64,000 bases of DNA from Strigamia acuminata. Lineage: Eukaryota. This document shows positions 60,627 to 64,000 of this stretch, piece after piece. The stretch lies in NCBI GenBank assembly GCA_949358305.1, contig OX442314.1, positions 29,884,001 through 29,948,000 on the forward strand, given 5' to 3'. Numbering within the stretch: the stretch's first letter is position 1; each line of letters opens with the position of its first letter. The notes below the pieces were generated by a model. The model was not told the DNA's origin. It saw only the letters and a list, made by a program, of their open reading frames with translations, and searched no databases. A program made the translations under genes and the position numbers.

Positions 60627-63600
60627 TGTTGACCGGATGTAGACCCCGTTTTTTCTATGTAACCTACATTCCACCCTCAACTCGCTGACCACGCGTCACT
60701 TGTGAAAAAGAATGTCATTTTTCAACTCAAGTAAAATTAAAAGTTGTTAAGTTTTATTTCGACCGTCGCTTTTGCTGTTTTACAATTCATCACCCATCGT
60801 GAAGTTCATTTACAATTCGTAAATTGGTGCCGAAACCCGGGACATCTTTCCAGGGAACAAACTCGTAACTTCAATCTGAAAAAACTGCAAGTAGCATCTC
60901 GAATTTAACAATGGCCGACGACCTCGCCGTGTTGAAGGCTCAGCGTGCAGTAACCCGTAGGCTGACCACCACAACTATAACGAAGGCCAAAACAATTCTC
61001 GCTGGTATACCTATAAATGAACTCGATTTAAAAAAGATAAAAGTGCATCTACAAGCAAAATCAAATGAACTCAAATCGCTCGACGCCAAAATCTTGGCCA
61101 TGCTCACCGACGAACAAGAGATAGATGAAGAAATCACTCGATCCGAGACTGAATATCACGAAAAAATTATTGATTGTGGTGTCGAAATCGACGAGGCGCT
61201 AATTACTTTCATCGCGCCCCCAACCACACCTGTACTCCCGCCGATAACAAATAATTACCACGGGACCGCGAGTGTGCCACAAGACTCACCCATGCGACTG
61301 CCCAAGTACGACACAATTAAATTCAAAGGAGATCCGCTGGACTGGGCTGACTTTTGGGGTAATTTTGAGATCTCAATTGACACCAAAACGAACATTTCTG
61401 CGCAAAGTAAATTGGTGTATTTAAAGTCGCTCTTGGATGGAGAAGCAGCACTCGTGTTGAAGGGATTACCGCCAACAAATGAAAACTATCCGATCGCTAA
61501 AAAATTGTTGCTCGAACGCTTTGGCCGTACAGATGTTCTTCTCAGCGCACATTTACGCTCCCTAATGAAAATGAAACCCGTACGTGATATTCTCGATCCT
61601 ATTCCTCTTCAAAAATTGTACGATGAGTGTGAAACACACGTACGCGGTCTGAATGCGGCAAATATGAATGTTGATGCCATTGACGCAACAGCGTGTCCAC
61701 TCATTCTAGGACTAGTGCCACGACAAATTTCGCTGGAATTTTCACGTCAATATCCCGACGGGAAATACAAAGCTAAAGATTTGTTGGACATGGTGCGTAA
61801 CGAACTCGTGCACCACAATAAAATTGAGAACTTTCAAGATCTTCACCGCTCAACAGAAAAAAGCAAACCTGAAAAAGTTGACGTGGACAAGCCTGTTCAC
61901 AAAACTCACAACCGCGTGCCGTCTGCTCGTGTTTTGAGCACAACAATCAGCAATTGCATGTTTTGCAACAAGACTCATGAGCGTGACGGGTGTTTAACGA
62001 CGGCAACCGAGCGTAAAGAATTCGTCAAAAAGGAAGGTCGCTGCTTCAAATGCTTAAAAAAGGGACATTCGTCTCGAAACTGCACCTACCGTGTGACATG
62101 TAAACTGTGTCAACGCCATCACAACCAACTCGTGTGCGAAGGACCATCTGAGACACCAAAAGAAAAAGTCACTCTGCTCGTATCAACCAACGAAAATCTC
62201 GCTGCGTACGCTCAACCTCCGACCACAACATTGGCAACAATATTCGTAAAAATTCAAAACGAATCTCGTGAGTCCACCGTGCAATGTTTGATCGATCCCG
62301 GAAGCCAAAGTTCCTTCGTACTGGCTAGTTTGGCAAAAGACATGCATTTAAAGCCGAATGGAGAGGAACATTTAAGCGTGCACACTTTTGGAAATCAGAC
62401 ACCATTGAACACTAAAGGAAATCGATTTGAACTCAAATTGTGCAATGTTGGCGACAAAAATCGATCGCTCTGCGTTAATGCGCTTGAAACGCCATGGATT
62501 ACAAAACCCATTTGTACCAAATTGCAGGCTGGCTTACGAGCCGCCCTCGAACGCGATCAAATCGTGATTGATTCTGGAAACAATACTAATTGCGATATTT
62601 TTATTCTTTTAGGCGCAGACTGTATCGCGAAGATACTTACGGGATGCATACGAAAAATCGAGGAAAATTTGATCGCCATAGAGACGCTATTTGGCTGGAC
62701 TTTGATGGGGTCATCAATAAATGTCACGACAATGTCCACACTAGTCACCCGCGTGTGCAGTGTGCGTCTCGAGGAGCGACTGGACGAGAGTCTGAAAAAA
62801 TTCTGGGAGCTCGAATCCATCGGCATTCGCCACGAGAGTGAAGACGAAACATTGACCGATCGAAATTCCTGCGCAATTCGTTTTCGCGAACAAGTGACGA
62901 GAGAAGAAGGAAGATACGTCGTCGCATTGCCGTGGTTGGTCGAACCGAGAAAACTTCACAATAATTACGAAATTGCTGAGAAACGTTTTTGGAATCTGGT
63001 AAGAAAATTTAAGAAAAATCCAGGATTCTACGCCGCCTACAAACAAATTTTCGACGATCAAATACGTGATGGAATAATCGAAGAAGTTAATGAACCGCAA
63101 CATGAAAATTCGTACTACATGCCACACCGAGCCGTTATTAAAGAAGATCGCGTCACGACAAAGATTCGGATCGTTTTCGATGCCTCAGCTAAAGGAAAAA
63201 ATGAACTTTCACTGAACGATTGCCTGGACAGCGGTCCTAATTTGCTGCCAGAAATACTTATATTGCTGATTTTGTTTCGAAAAGAACCATTTGCTTATCT
63301 TTCGGACATAGAAAAGGCGTTTTTACAGCTATTGCTGAGAATGGCAGATCGGGATTTCGTTCGTTTCCTTTGGACACCGGAAGAATGGGACGGTCGGCAG
63401 TTTGTGAAGCCCAGAGTTATGCGCCAGAAAAGAGTAGTATTCGGAGTCAAATCAAGTCCCTACCTTTTAAACGACTCAATTCAACTACATCTCGACAACA
63501 TGCGTGAAAAATATGAAGAAACAGTTGCTCAAATCAAAGATAAATTTTACGTCGACGACTTGCTCGGTTGCGCCAAATCCGAAGGGGAGGTGGAAAAAAT

Positions 63601-64000
63601 ATTCCACGAAGCTCGCAAATTGATGATGGAAGCGCACATGCCCCTACGCAAATGGCAATCGAACTCACAAAGCTTGCGAGAACTTTTTGCGAGAGAAATT
63701 CCGTCGGACGCAAATCTGGTCGACGCCGACAAACACTCGACGTCCGTGTTGGGACTGATCTGGAACTTTATAACCGACCACCTCCTGCTCGAAATAGGCG
63801 AATGGGCTGACGCACAAGATCAACTCAAGGAATCAAAACGTTTGATCGTTCAGTCCGTGGCAAGGATTTACGATCCATTAGGATTTGCGACACCATTCGT
63901 AATTGTCGGCAAACTGATGTTCCAGGAATTATGGACTCGAAATATAGGTTGGGATTCGCCATTACCCCCCGACATTTCAAAACAATGGTCAAGTTGGCGA
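60627..64000 (+). mobile_element. BEL/Pao LTR retrotransposon, 5' part
   Basis: Putative LTR from TGTTGAC (60627) to about 60823; PBS TGGTGCCGAAACCCGGGA (60825-60842), complementary to tRNA-Phe. Confidence 0.92.
60911..64000 (+). CDS. BEL/Pao Gag-Pol polyprotein (open for 1030 codons to the window edge)
   Basis: MRLPKYDTIKFKGDPLDWADFW Gag (DUF1759-type); three Cys-His knuckles (CMFC, CFKC, CKLC); LIDPGSQSSF protease; YYMPH, RIVFDAS, SDIEKAFLQ, FYVDD RT; IYDPLG Pao region. Confidence 0.95.
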   Translation, partial: MADDLAVLKAQRAVTRRLTTTTITKAKTILAGIPINELDLKKIKVHLQAKSNELKSLDAKILAMLTDEQEIDEEITRSETEYHEKIIDCGVEIDEALITFIAPPTTPVLPPITNNYHGTASVPQDSPMRLPKYDTIKFKGDPLDWADFWGNFEISIDTKTNISAQSKLVYLKSLLDGEAALVLKGLPPTNENYPIAKKLLLERFGRTDVLLSAHLRSLMKMKPVRDILDPIPLQKLYDECETHVRGLNAANMNVDAIDATACPLILGLVPRQISLEFSRQYPDGKYKAKDLLDMVRNELVHHNKIENFQDLHRSTEKSKPEKVDVDKPVHKTHNRVPSARVLSTTISNCMFCNKTHERDGCLTTATERKEFVKKEGRCFKCLKKGHSSRNCTYRVTCKLCQRHHNQLVCEGPSETPKEKVTLLVSTNENLAAYAQPPTTTLATIFVKIQNESRESTVQCLIDPGSQSSFVLASLAKDMHLKPNGEEHLSVHTFGNQTPLNTKGNRFELKLCNVGDKNRSLCVNALETPWITKPICTKLQAGLRAALERDQIVIDSGNNTNCDIFILLGADCIAKILTGCIRKIEENLIAIETLFGWTLMGSSINVTTMSTLVTRVCSVRLEERLDESLKKFWELESIGIRHESEDETLTDRNSCAIRFREQVTREEGRYVVALPWLVEPRKLHNNYEIAEKRFWNLVRKFKKNPGFYAAYKQIFDDQIRDGIIEEVNEPQHENSYYMPHRAVIKEDRVTTKIRIVFDASAKGKNELSLNDCLDSGPNLLPEILILLILFRKEPFAYLSDIEKAFLQLLLRMADRDFVRFLWTPEEWDGRQFVKPRVMRQKRVVFGVKSSPYLLNDSIQLHLDNMREKYEETVAQIKDKFYVDDLLGCAKSEGEVEKIFHEARKLMMEAHMPLRKWQSNSQSLRELFAREIPSDANLVDADKHSTSVLGLIWNFITDHLLLEIGEWADAQDQLKESKRLIVQSVARIYDPLGFATPFVIVGKLMFQELWTRNIGWDSPLPPDISKQWSSWR

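Overview
AT-rich, repeat-dense invertebrate animal DNA with short GT-AG introns; the ORF track misses most real genes because they are spliced. Manual exon joining gives four host genes. (1) A 22-exon + strand gene (11804-48098, about 1093 aa) encoding a Tie-like receptor: LCCL, 2 Ig, 3 EGF, 5 FN3, TM, then a short tyrosine-free tail ending ETVM, with no kinase. (2) A 2-exon gene (19664-20331) nested in its 15-kb intron, encoding a secreted 8-Cys WAP/crustin-like domain plus an acidic Glu/Pro/Val tail. (3) A convergent 7-exon RDH11/12/13-like short-chain dehydrogenase (- strand, 49554-51030). (4) The 3' part of a DEG/ENaC channel gene (- strand, 55440-56449). Mobile DNA includes a decayed IR/DR Tc1, many Harbinger/hAT/pogo-like MITEs (several nested), a 1-kb foldback with two facing tRNA-like promoters, a 2.45-kb satellite inside a TIR element, and a very young Copia with identical LTRs but an in-frame integrase-to-RT deletion. 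At the right end a long-LTR element (1548-bp LTR, tRNA-Gln PBS) sits in the DEG/ENaC gene. Its first ORF is a 395-aa N/Q-rich protein with an RKSRWDQ (U2AF-ligand-like) motif. This element is itself interrupted by an apparently intact BEL/Pao element running off the window.
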